DNA of 41,003 nt from Alphaproteobacteria bacterium. GTDB taxonomy: Bacteria > Pseudomonadota > Alphaproteobacteria > SMXQ01. The number at the start of each line of letters is the position of its first letter. Within the stretch, counting starts at the first letter, position 1. Both the position numbers and the translations under genes were made by a program. Shown here one piece after another: positions 10,805-19,346 of the stretch. The stretch is from assembly GCA_027292975.1 (NCBI GenBank), contig JAPUGG010000274.1, positions 1-41,003 on the forward strand. Direction: 5' to 3'. A model generated the notes under the pieces. That model saw nothing but the letters and a program-made list of their open reading frames with translations. It was not told the origin of the DNA and did not search any database.

Positions 10805-12412
10805 TCAGGCGACGGCGTGGATGGCCGCCTCCTTGACGCTGTCGGGCACCTGGGGCTCGAATTCCTTGAAGTTTTCTTCGAACATGCGCGCGACGTCGTG
10901 GGCGGCCTTGTCATAGGCCGCCTTGTCGGACCAGGTGGTCCTGGGATCGAGCACGTCCCGGGGCACGTCGGGGCAGCTCTCGGGCACCAGCACCCGGAAA
11001 TTGGGGTCGGGCGTCATGGCAACGTGGTCGAGCTCTCCGGCCAGGGCGGCGCGCAGCATGGCCCTGGTATAGGCGATTTTCATGCGGCTTCCGACCCCAT
11101 AGGCGCCGCCGGTCCAGCCGGTATTGACCAGCCAGCAGTTGGTTTCGTGCCGGGCGATGCGTTCGCCCAGGAGCTTGGCGTAAACCGTGGGATGCCGCGG
11201 CATGAAGGGGGCGCCGAAACAGGTTGAGAAGGTCGCCTCGGGTTTGGTCACGCCGCGCTCGGTGCCGGCCACCCGCGCCGTGTAGCCCGACAGGAAATGG
11301 TACATGGCCTGGTCGGGGGTCATGCGGCTGATCGGCGGCAGCACGCCGAAGGCGTCGGCCGTCAGCATCACCACATGGTCGGGATGGCCCGAGGTCAGGG
11401 TGTCGGAAATGTTGGCAATGAACTCGATGGGATACGACACCCGCGTGTTTTCGGTGAGAGCCTCGGAATCGAAGTCGAGCGCGCGCGTCACCGGATCGAT
11501 GACGACGTTTTCCAGGACCGTGCCGAAGCGATGGGTGGTGGCGTAGATCTCCGGTTCCGCTTCTTGGGACAAGCGGATCGCCTTGGCATAGCAGCCGCCC
11601 TCGAAATTGAAGATGCCGTTGTCGGACCAGCCGTGTTCGTCGTCGCCCACCAAGATGCGCGAGCCATCCGCCGACAGCGTCGTCTTGCCGGTTCCCGACA
11701 GGCCGAAGAAGATCGCCGCATCGCCCCCATCGCCGATATTGGCCGAGCAATGCATGGGCATCACGCCCTGGGCCGGCAGCAGGTAGTTGAGGATCGAAAA
11801 CACCGATTTCTTGATCTCCCCGGCATACCAGGTGCCGGTGATCAGCACCTCACGGGCGGCGAAATTCACGATCACGCAGATGTCGGAATTGGTGCCGTCG
11901 GTGGCCGGGTCGACGTTGAGCCCCGGCGCGTGCAGGATGGTGAAGGCGGGCTCAAAAGAGGCTAACGCATCATCCGCCGGCTGGATGAACATGTTGCGCG
12001 TGAACAGCGCATGCCACGCGGTTTCGGTGACCACCCGCACGTTCAGCCGGTAATCGAGATCGGCGCCGGCATAGCTGTCCTGGATGAACAGGTCGCGGTC
12101 GACGTAATAATCCAGGATCTTGCCGCGGATGGCGGCATAGTGCTCTTGGGAAATCGCCCGGTTGACCGACCCCCACCAGATATCGTCGCGGCTGGTGGCT
12201 TCCTCGACGATGAACTTGTCATTAGGCGAACGGCCGGTGTATTCGCCGGTCTCCACCGCCAACGCCCCGCCGGGGACTAAAAGGCCTTCGCCGCGTTTGA
12301 TCGATTCCTCGACCAAGGCAGGCGCGGCCATGTTCCAATAGGCCGCGCGGGCACCTTTGATCCCGTGCTTATCCAAGCCGATGCTGCTCTTGACGGATCC
12401 CCGCTCTTCCAA
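10805..12412 (-). CDS. pckA: phosphoenolpyruvate carboxykinase (ATP)
   Basis: TGRSPNDK, YAGEIKKS, MHCSAN, FFGLSGTGKTTLS, GDDEHGW, NFEGGCYAK, FSTCFGAPF. TTG start with GGAG upstream. Confidence 0.98.
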   Translation of the reverse strand: MEERGSVKSSIGLDKHGIKGARAAYWNMAAPALVEESIKRGEGLLVPGGALAVETGEYTGRSPNDKFIVEEATSRDDIWWGSVNRAISQEHYAAIRGKILDYYVDRDLFIQDSYAGADLDYRLNVRVVTETAWHALFTRNMFIQPADDALASFEPAFTILHAPGLNVDPATDGTNSDICVIVNFAAREVLITGTWYAGEIKKSVFSILNYLLPAQGVMPMHCSANIGDGGDAAIFFGLSGTGKTTLSADGSRILVGDDEHGWSDNGIFNFEGGCYAKAIRLSQEAEPEIYATTHRFGTVLENVVIDPVTRALDFDSEALTENTRVSYPIEFIANISDTLTSGHPDHVVMLTADAFGVLPPISRMTPDQAMYHFLSGYTARVAGTERGVTKPEATFSTCFGAPFMPRHPTVYAKLLGERIARHETNCWLVNTGWTGGAYGVGSRMKIAYTRAMLRAALAGELDHVAMTPDPNFRVLVPESCPDVPRDVLDPRTTWSDKAAYDKAAHDVARMFEENFKEFEPQVPDSVKEAAIHAVA

Positions 12413-12482
12413 TTCCTGATCTCCAGTTTGCGCCCGGGCAGGCCTCGGGCAACCTTTATATACGGGTTCGCCCTAGGGGATG

Positions 12483-12532
12483 CTAGAGCATTTTCCGGCC
12501 CAATTGAACCATTCGACCGGAAAATCCTCTAG
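12483..12532. repeat. 50-bp CTAG-bounded imperfect palindrome (short member of the repeat family at 20748-20989)
   Basis: CTAGAGCATTTTCCGG-cccaattgaaccattcga-CCGGAAAATCCTCTAG. Its first ~38 nt align to the left end of the 20748 element. Its terminal CTA is the cbtA stop codon. Confidence 0.8.
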
Positions 12533-13224
12533 TCCGCCGGCCGGCCTGAAAATCGGCCGAGAAAGATGCTCACGGCGACGCCGAGAACGGCCCAGAACAC
12601 CGCCGAGGAGGTCATCGAAGCGGCCACGAAGGCGGCCACCAGCGCCGCCGGCAGGGCGGCGCCCGCGCCGGTGGCCGCTGCCGGCCCGCCGGCGATAAAC
12701 GGGAGCGCCAACAGGGCGAGGCCCGCGGCGCGCCAGCGCCGGCGCCCGGCAAAGACCACCAGGCCCAGGCCCGCCCCGGTGGCGCCCACCGCGCCCAGCC
12801 ACCACAATTGCCGCGTGGCGAGGTCGCTTTCGGCCATCCCCGGAAGGTGCGGAGGGACCACCAGGGCCGGGGCAAGGGTGAACACCGCAAACCCCGCGAT
12901 TCCCCAGAGGAGGCCCTCCATCACGGTGGGGTCGCGGCCGGAAAAGGCGATGGCGCCGGCCAGCAGGAGACCGAACCCGGCGCCCGTGAGCAGGCTGGCG
13001 GCCAGGGTCAAGCCGGCGCGCGCAAGGGATTGCCGCCGGCTGTCCGCCGCCACCACCACCGAGCCCGCCGAGCCCCCGCCGAGGCCCGCCCGGGCCAGGG
13101 CCGCCGCCTCGAAGATTTCCGCCTGGTGGATGAGTGGCACCACCTTCAGCGCCTGGACGGTGAACCCCACGGCGCCCGCGATTAGCCCTGCCATGATCCC
13201 GGCCAGCAGGATGCGGCGCATCAC
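12529..13224 (-). CDS. cbtA: CbtA-family probable cobalt transporter subunit (divergent)
   Basis: AGLIAG...PLI.QAE.FE N-terminus, GLLWGIAGF..F.LAP....PP.LPG....DL..RQ.WW core, about 5 TM segments. Adjacent to cbtB. Confidence 0.85.
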   Translation of the reverse strand: MMRRILLAGIMAGLIAGAVGFTVQALKVVPLIHQAEIFEAAALARAGLGGGSAGSVVVAADSRRQSLARAGLTLAASLLTGAGFGLLLAGAIAFSGRDPTVMEGLLWGIAGFAVFTLAPALVVPPHLPGMAESDLATRQLWWLGAVGATGAGLGLVVFAGRRRWRAAGLALLALPFIAGGPAAATGAGAALPAALVAAFVAASMTSSAVFWAVLGVAVSIFLGRFSGRPAD

Positions 13225-13252
13225 CGCCCGGCCCCGTCAGTGGCAGGGGCCA

Positions 13253-13444
13253 TCAGTGGCAGGGGAAGGTGAAACCGTGGCGCACGTCATGGGCGGCGTC
13301 GTGGAGCAGGTCGGAATGGGCGAACCCGGTGCCCAGCAACAGGAACGACCCGAGCAGAACCGCGATCAGCCCCGCGGAAAGGTGTTGAGAATGGGTTCTC
13401 GCCCACGCGCCCGCCTTGGAATCCTCGTTCAATGACATGCCCAT
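13253..13444 (-). CDS. cbtB: CbtB-family probable cobalt transporter subunit
   Basis: One TM segment then GFAH...LHDAAHDVRH...FPCH, the CbtB signature. Confidence 0.92.
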   Translation of the reverse strand: MGMSLNEDSKAGAWARTHSQHLSAGLIAVLLGSFLLLGTGFAHSDLLHDAAHDVRHGFTFPCH

Positions 13445-13450
13445 GGCGTT

Positions 13451-14161
13451 CTATTGAAAGAGTCCCTGGGCCGATGCCACGCGCCAGGCGATGGAAACGC
13501 CCAGCACCACGGTGGCGGCGCCGATCCCCGCGGTCAGGCCACGGAAGGCCACGCTCAGGCGGCCCGCGGTGAAGCGGAGCGGCAGGGCGATGGCGCAGGA
13601 CAGGATTGCCATGCCGACGACGGAACCGAGGCCGAACAGCAGCATGTAGGCGAACCCCAGCCACAGCGAGGAGATGGTGCCCAGGGTCAGCAACACCAAG
13701 GCGGCGGAGCCGGCCAGGCCGTGGACGAAGCCGACCAGCAGGGCGCGGATGGGAAGGCCCCTGGGATGGGCATGGTGATGGGCGGAGACATCATGACCGC
13801 CACCCGGCGCATGGCGATGGGCGTGGAAATGACGCGCACCGCCATGGGCATGGGCATGGAAATGGGCCTTGCGCCGCGTCAAGCGGACCATGACGTCGAG
13901 CCCGAGTCCGACCAGCATCAGGCCGACCACGAATTCCAGGATTAGGGCGACGGTTTCCGGCACCACCCAATCCAGCATCAGCACCACGGAGCCGATGAGG
14001 AACAAGGTCAGGGTATGACCGAGACCCCAGGCCACGCCCATCCGGGTGGTTTCGCCGATGGATTGAGAGCCCGAGGCCAAGCTTGCCACGGCGGCGACGT
14101 GGTCGGCTTCAAGGGCATGCTTCATGCCGATCAGAAAGCCGAGCCCCAAGACGGAAAGCAT
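13451..14161 (-). CDS. UreH/NiCoT-related high-affinity nickel/cobalt permease with His-rich loop
   Basis: TM1 motif GMKHALEADHVAAV, WGLGHT, His-rich loop (HFHAHAH...HFHAHRH...HHHAH), VG.VHGLAGSAAL, FGLGSVVGM. Confidence 0.8.
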   Translation of the reverse strand: MLSVLGLGFLIGMKHALEADHVAAVASLASGSQSIGETTRMGVAWGLGHTLTLFLIGSVVLMLDWVVPETVALILEFVVGLMLVGLGLDVMVRLTRRKAHFHAHAHGGARHFHAHRHAPGGGHDVSAHHHAHPRGLPIRALLVGFVHGLAGSAALVLLTLGTISSLWLGFAYMLLFGLGSVVGMAILSCAIALPLRFTAGRLSVAFRGLTAGIGAATVVLGVSIAWRVASAQGLFQ

Positions 14162-14218
14162 GTGGTGGTCCTTCCCCGAAATTTTTCTTGGTGTTCCAAA
14201 GCGGTTGGCCGCGTGGGC

Positions 14219-14246
14219 ATCATAGAAGAGGCCCCTGGCGAGTCAA
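14219..14246 (-). promoter_or_regulatory. candidate sigma70 promoter of the Ni/Co cassette
   Basis: Minus strand reads TTGACT-16nt-TATGAT, 57 nt upstream of the permease ATG. GGAAGGA RBS-like word before the ATG. Confidence 0.55.
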
Positions 14247-14318
14247 CCGAACGGCCTGAAATGCCCTCAGCCGCGGCCGCGCCTTGCCTTCAAATGGCCC
14301 TATTTGCCCTGTTCCGTA

Positions 14319-14347
14319 GCGCGGTTTCCCTGGTGCGCGGTTTCCCT
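14319..14347. repeat. 13-bp direct repeat GCGCGGTTTCCCT x2 (16-bp period) in the divergent cassette/chvI spacer
   Basis: Exact copies at 14319-14331 and 14335-14347. Confidence 0.7.
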
Positions 14348-14435
14348 ATGGGTCCGCCGCCAAATCGTGCAAAATGAACCTGTTGTGGGCACCAGGAGTG
14401 TCGCTCACACCAACAACCTAAGAAAGGGATGATCA

Positions 14436-15152
14436 TTGGCCCGGACCATTGCTCTCGTTGACGACGATCAGAACATCCTGGTGTCGATTTCCATGTCGCT
14501 CGAGGCCGAGGGCTTCGACGTGACCACTTATACAGATGGCGTCAAGGCCTTGGAGGGGCTTGCCGATCATCCCGTGGATCTCGCCATTCTCGACATCAAA
14601 ATGCCGCGCATGGACGGCATGGAGCTGCTCAACCGCATCCGGCGCAACTCTCAGATTCCGGTCATCTTCCTCACGTCGAAGGACGACGAGTTGGACGAGC
14701 TTCTGGGACTGCGCATGGGCGCCGACGATTACATTCGCAAGCCCTTCTCCCAACGGCTTCTGCTCGAGCGGATCCGGGCGCTGCTGCGGCGATCGGAGGC
14801 CAATGCCGACCAGGGCAGGACCGATGGCGCCAACGGCGGTGGCCAAGAAGACTCCATGGCGCGGGGCGAACTGGTGCTTGATTCCGCACGCCATCTCTGT
14901 ACCTGGCGCCGGGAACAAGTGCAGCTCACGGTGACCGAATTCCTCATTCTCCGGTCGCTCGCCGAACGACCCGGTCACGTCAAGAATCGCGACCAGTTGA
15001 TGGACGCCGCCTATGGCGAGCATATCTACGTGGACGACCGCACCATCGACAGCCACATCAAGCGCTTGAGGCGCAAATTCAAGGCCGTGGATTCGCAGTT
15101 TGCCCAGATAGAAACCCTTTACGGCCTGGGCTATCGTTATCGCGAAGCCTGA
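14436..15152 (+). CDS. chvI: OmpR-family response regulator ChvI/BvrR
   Basis: [87 protein letters not shown]. Confidence 0.96.
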   Translation: MARTIALVDDDQNILVSISMSLEAEGFDVTTYTDGVKALEGLADHPVDLAILDIKMPRMDGMELLNRIRRNSQIPVIFLTSKDDELDELLGLRMGADDYIRKPFSQRLLLERIRALLRRSEANADQGRTDGANGGGQEDSMARGELVLDSARHLCTWRREQVQLTVTEFLILRSLAERPGHVKNRDQLMDAAYGEHIYVDDRTIDSHIKRLRRKFKAVDSQFAQIETLYGLGYRYREA

Positions 15153-15208
15153 TCGGGGGCGGCGCGCGCGCATGATGCGGGGCCCCTGGCGGAAAGCAGC
15201 CGGAGAGA

Positions 15209-16924
15209 ATGGCGGTCGAAACAACCAACAGGGACTCAACGGGTGAGAGGCGCGGGCGCGGCCGGGTTCGCGACCGCGACCGGGTTCGCACCCGGGAGCC
15301 TCGGCCGCGGGCAGCGGCCAAGCCCCCGGCGCGCTTCCGATCCCTGACCTGGCGCGTGCTCGCGGTCAACCTGTTGGGGCTGGCGATCCTCGCCGCCGGG
15401 CTGCTCTACCTCGATCGCTACAAGCAGTCACTGATCCGCGGCCAACTGGATTCTCTCGCCATCCAGGGCGGTATTTTCGCCGCCGCCCTGGGCGAGGCGG
15501 CGGTGACTTCCAACCCGCAGGAGGGCCGCGATTTACTGACCGTCCAGGCGCGGCCCATGGTGCGTCGGCTCGCCACTCCCGCGGGCTTGAGGGCCCGGCT
15601 GTTCGCCGCCAATGGCGATATCATCGCCGATTCGCGGTATTACGGGACCGCCGGCGGCAAGGTCCAGGTCGCCGTTCTGCCGCCGCCGTCCCGGGGCCGC
15701 ACCTTCGGGGGCTCGGTGGTGGATTTCTATGACTGGGTGGTACGCCAGTTTCCCGACCGCCACAGCTATCCCCCCTATATCGAACTTGCCGAACCCCGGG
15801 CCAATCACTACGCCGTGACCAAGAAGGCGATGATGGGAGAGATCGGCCGGGAGGTCCAGATCGACGAGAACGGCCGGCTGGTGATGCTGGTGGCGGTTCC
15901 CGTGCAGCACTACAAGCAGGTGCTCGGCGCGCTGGTGCTTTCGGTGGATGAGGAAGGGATAGAAAAAAGCCTGCGCAGCGTGCGGCTCGAGATCCTGACG
16001 GTGTTCGCCGGGGTCATCTTCGTAACCGTCCTGCTGTCGCTCTGGCTCGCCGGCACCATCGCCCGGCCGGTGCGCCTGCTTGCCGCCGCCGCCGACCGGG
16101 TACGTTCCGGCCGGGGCCGGGAATCGGAAATTCCCGACTTCACCAAGAGAGGCGACGAAATCGGCGCCCTCTCCGCCTCGCTCAGGGACATGACCCACGC
16201 GTTGTGGACCCGCATGGAAGCGATCGAAAGTTTCGCCGCCGACGTCGCCCATGAAATAAAGAACCCGTTGACCAGCCTGCGCAGCGCCGTCGAAACCGCC
16301 GCCCGGCTCGACGATGCCGATCAGCAACAACGCCTGATGACGATCATCCTCGACGATGTCGAGCGCCTCGACCGGTTGATCACGGATATCTCCGACGCGT
16401 CCAGGCTCGACGCGGAACTGTCGCGCGCGGACATGACGACCGTGGATATCAGGGGCTTGCTCACGACCCTGATGGAGGTCGAACTGATCGCCAGCGAGGG
16501 GCGCGGCGGCGACGCGCCCAAGCTTCGCCTCGATCTGCCCGAAGACGAGCCGCTCCGTGTGGTGGGCTTGGAGGACCGCATCGCCCAGGTGCTGCGCAAT
16601 CTGATCTCCAACGCGGTCTCCTTCTCGCCGCCGGGCGGCACCATCGGCCTAAGCTGCCGACGTCGGGACGCGAGCATCCACATCGTCGTCGAGGATGAGG
16701 GCCCGGGGCTGCCGCCGGCCATGTTGGAGGCGGTCTTCCAGCGCTTCTATACCGAACGCCCCGAAGGCGAGAAGTTCGGCACCCATTCCGGGCTGGGGCT
16801 GTCCATTTCCATGCAGATCGTCACCGCCCACCATGGGCACATCCGCGCCGAGAACGTGGAGCGCGACGGGGCCGTCACCGGGGCCCGTTTCATCGTCACC
16901 CTGCCGGCGGCGGCCGATGACTGA
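15209..16924 (+). CDS. chvG: sensor histidine kinase ChvG/ExoS/BvrS
   Basis: Two TM segments with periplasmic sensor, HAMP (R.DEIG.LS), FAADVAHEIKNPLTSLRSAVET, DISDASRLDAELSR, RFYTERP.GE.FG.HSGLGLSIS. Confidence 0.96.
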   Translation: MAVETTNRDSTGERRGRGRVRDRDRVRTREPRPRAAAKPPARFRSLTWRVLAVNLLGLAILAAGLLYLDRYKQSLIRGQLDSLAIQGGIFAAALGEAAVTSNPQEGRDLLTVQARPMVRRLATPAGLRARLFAANGDIIADSRYYGTAGGKVQVAVLPPPSRGRTFGGSVVDFYDWVVRQFPDRHSYPPYIELAEPRANHYAVTKKAMMGEIGREVQIDENGRLVMLVAVPVQHYKQVLGALVLSVDEEGIEKSLRSVRLEILTVFAGVIFVTVLLSLWLAGTIARPVRLLAAAADRVRSGRGRESEIPDFTKRGDEIGALSASLRDMTHALWTRMEAIESFAADVAHEIKNPLTSLRSAVETAARLDDADQQQRLMTIILDDVERLDRLITDISDASRLDAELSRADMTTVDIRGLLTTLMEVELIASEGRGGDAPKLRLDLPEDEPLRVVGLEDRIAQVLRNLISNAVSFSPPGGTIGLSCRRRDASIHIVVEDEGPGLPPAMLEAVFQRFYTERPEGEKFGTHSGLGLSISMQIVTAHHGHIRAENVERDGAVTGARFIVTLPAAADD

Positions 16925-17375
16925 GCTCGCCGAATGCACCGTTCACGGCACCTGCGTCGTCATCGGCGATGCCGGAATCCTGATCCGGGGCGGGCCCGGG
17001 GCGGGCAAGTCCGACCTGGCGCTGCGTTTGATCGACGATGGCGCGCGGTTGGTGTCCGACGATCAGGTGCGGCTCCAGAATCGCGGCGGCGCCGTCATCG
17101 CTTCGGCGCCCGATGCCACCAAAGAGATGATCGAAGTCAACGGCATTGGGCTGATTCGCTTGGACGCCGAGCGCATCACCGGCGAGGCCCACTTGGCGCT
17201 CCTGGTGGACCTGGTGGGGGCCGGCGGGATCGAGCGTCTGCCGCGGCCCCAAGTTGAAACCGTGTTGGGCGTTAGCCTCCCGCGCATCGCGCTTTCGCCT
17301 TTCGAGGCCTCGGCACCGGCCAAGCTGCGGCTTGCGGCGGGCCGGGGCACCGGGTCTATAATGACCGCCCCATGA
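16917..17375 (+). CDS. hprK: short alphaproteobacterial HPr kinase/phosphorylase
   Basis: VHGTCV...GILIRG.PGAGKSDLALRL, LVSDD, IEV.GIG. ATG at 16917 overlaps the chvG end (ORF track start 16695 is too early). Confidence 0.9.
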   Translation: MTELAECTVHGTCVVIGDAGILIRGGPGAGKSDLALRLIDDGARLVSDDQVRLQNRGGAVIASAPDATKEMIEVNGIGLIRLDAERITGEAHLALLVDLVGAGGIERLPRPQVETVLGVSLPRIALSPFEASAPAKLRLAAGRGTGSIMTAP

Positions 17376-17439
17376 CGCTCGATCGCCGTCGGCCGCCGAG
17401 GAGCAGGTCCCGACCCATGCCCCGCCATGAACCCATGAA

Positions 17440-18357
17440 ATGACCGCCGCGCGCGACCGTGGCATTCCGCCCAGGCGACGGCTGGTGCTGGTCACCGGCA
17501 TGTCGGGCGCGGGGCGATCATCGGCCTTGAAGACATTCGAGGACATCGGCTTCGACGCGGTCGACAATATGCCGCTGGCATTGTTGGGCAACCTCACCTC
17601 CGGGGCACCCGCGCTGTCCCGTGATGTGGCCGTGGGGGTCGATATCCGGACGCGGGATTTCGGGGTCGGCTCCCTGGTCGCGGAAATGGATCGGGTCATG
17701 GCCGACGGCGGCATCGAGGTACGGCTGGTGTTTTTCGATTCCTCCGATGAGGTGCTGCAGCGGCGCTTCACCGAATCCCGGCGGCCCCATCCTTTGGCCG
17801 CGGACCGGCCTGTGCTCGACGGCATCGCGCGGGAGCGGCAAATGCTCAGGGCCCTGCGCGAGCGGGCGGACCTGATCATCGACACCACGGAATTGACCCC
17901 GAGCGAGTTGCGGCGCATTCTCACCGGCCATTTCAACGACGTCGAGCCCAACGGGTTGACCGCTTTCGTGACGTCTTTTTCGTACCGCAACGGCATACCG
18001 CGGGAAGCCGACTTGGTGTTCGATGTCCGGTTTCTCGCCAATCCCCATTACGACGAAGAACTCCAACCGATGACCGGGACGGCGCCGGAGGTGGGTGCCT
18101 TTATCGCCGAGGACCCGCAATTCGAGCCTTTCTTCGGCGCGCTCACGGGGCTCATGGAGGTGCTGATGCCGGGCTACATCAAGGAAGGGAAGAGCTACCT
18201 GACAATCGCCATCGGCTGTACCGGCGGGCGCCACCGTTCGGTCTATGTGGCCGAGCGTCTCGGCGAATGGCTCAAGGGGGAATCGCTCAACGTCGAGGTC
18301 GCTCATCGTGACGCCGAGGACGCTGCCCAACACCCGCGAGGGGATGATCATCGATGA
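17440..18357 (+). CDS. rapZ: RNase adapter / P-loop NTP-binding protein RapZ (YvcJ)
   Basis: LVTGMSGAGRS, VDNMP, DIRTR, RRF.E.RR.HPL, SFSY..G.P..ADLVFDVRFL.NPHY, IGCTGGRHRSV. Confidence 0.95.
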   Translation: MTAARDRGIPPRRRLVLVTGMSGAGRSSALKTFEDIGFDAVDNMPLALLGNLTSGAPALSRDVAVGVDIRTRDFGVGSLVAEMDRVMADGGIEVRLVFFDSSDEVLQRRFTESRRPHPLAADRPVLDGIARERQMLRALRERADLIIDTTELTPSELRRILTGHFNDVEPNGLTAFVTSFSYRNGIPREADLVFDVRFLANPHYDEELQPMTGTAPEVGAFIAEDPQFEPFFGALTGLMEVLMPGYIKEGKSYLTIAIGCTGGRHRSVYVAERLGEWLKGESLNVEVAHRDAEDAAQHPRGDDHR

Positions 18358-18812
18358 CCAGAGGTGGGGGTAGCAAAAGCGAAGACAAAACGGATCACGG
18401 TGTTGTCGGTCTTGTCCTGGTGACCCACGGGGCGGTAGGCGTTGCCTTGCTGGAGGCGCTGGAGAATATCGTCGGCGGCCAGGACAACGTGGTCTCGGTC
18501 TCGATCCAGCCCGACGACGACGTCGAGGCCCGCAGGGCCGAAATTCTCGACGCCATCGCCCGCGTGGGGGCCGGAGGTGGCTGCATCTTGATGACCGATA
18601 TGTTCGGCGGCACGCCCTCGAACCTCGCCCTTTCGGCCATGGGGGAAGAGGCGGTGGATGTCATCGCCGGGGTCAACCTGCCGATGCTGATCAAATTTGC
18701 CTCGGTCCGGGCCAGCGCCCCGCTCGCCGATGTCGTCGCCCAGGTGCAAGATGCGGGGCGGAAATACATCAATGTCGCTTCCTCCTTCCTCAACCCACCG
18801 GAGCCCGATTGA
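18354..18812 (+). CDS. PTS EIIA mannose/fructose-family component (ManX/PtsM-like)
   Basis: GLVLVTHG (phospho-His), TDMFGGTPSNLA, IAGVNLPMLIK, AGRKYI..AS. Confidence 0.93.
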   Translation: MTRGGGSKSEDKTDHGVVGLVLVTHGAVGVALLEALENIVGGQDNVVSVSIQPDDDVEARRAEILDAIARVGAGGGCILMTDMFGGTPSNLALSAMGEEAVDVIAGVNLPMLIKFASVRASAPLADVVAQVQDAGRKYINVASSFLNPPEPD

Positions 18813-18823
18813 AGGACCGGAAC

Positions 18824-19114
18824 ATGACAGGGTCCGATCGCCGGCCATGGCGGTCACGGACGGTGACCATCACCGGCGAACTCGGCCTCCATGCCCGGCC
18901 CGCCGCGCTCTTCGTCAAGCTGGCCGGCGCCTTCGATGCCGAGATCACGGTCGCCAACAAAAGCGGCGTGGTGTCGGGCGGCTCGATCATGGGACTGATG
19001 ATGCTGGCCGCGGCATCGGGGACGGAACTCGACATAACCGCGCGCGGGCCGGAAGCCGACCAGGCGCTGGACGCCCTGGTCGGCTTGGTCGAGGGCGGGT
19101 TCCAACGCGGTTGA
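18824..19114 (+). CDS. ptsH: phosphocarrier protein HPr/NPr
   Basis: GLHARPAA (His15), SIMGLMMLAA (Ser46 region), GPEA..AL.AL..L. ATG at 18824 chosen over TTG at 18809. Confidence 0.9.
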   Translation: MTGSDRRPWRSRTVTITGELGLHARPAALFVKLAGAFDAEITVANKSGVVSGGSIMGLMMLAAASGTELDITARGPEADQALDALVGLVEGGFQRG

Positions 19115-19215
19115 GCGGCGCCGGCCCCGGCGGCCCCCCGGCGTCTCCCGGGGAAGGCTCCGCCCCCGGGTGCCCTTTTTCGGAGAAATTTACCGCACGA
19201 ACCGGCTAATTCTTC

Positions 19216-19244
19216 TTGCAAACGGCCATATATAAAAATATAAG
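19216..19244 (+). promoter_or_regulatory. candidate sigma70 promoter of ahcY
   Basis: TTGCAA-17nt-TATAAG in the only strongly AT-rich stretch of this neighbourhood. Confidence 0.5.
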
Positions 19245-19257
19245 GCTCTCTTTATAT
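19238..19257. promoter_or_regulatory. SahR-type operator palindrome upstream of ahcY
   Basis: ATATAAGG-CTCT-CTTTATAT, extending to AAAATATAA...TTATATTTT. Resembles my recollection of the alphaproteobacterial SahR box ATATAAAG-N4-CTTTATAT. Overlaps the -10. Confidence 0.7.
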
Positions 19258-19346
19258 TTTGTTAAACCGTGGCATCGACAATACGCCGATCAAAGGACCC
19301 GTCCGCGGCCCCGATCGGCGCCGAGGGGCGCGCAAGGAGACCAATC

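Noticed and set aside
14162-14435. Cobalamin riboswitch upstream of the cbt cassette
   Set aside because: No GGGAA...CCCGCAACTGT...GCCAG-type elements on the minus strand, and the promoter candidate leaves too short a leader.
15245-15310. Arg-rich repeat RGRGRVRDRDRVR at the ChvG N-terminus
   Set aside because: Short low-complexity cytoplasmic leader. Basic N-terminal extensions are ordinary for ChvG/ExoS.
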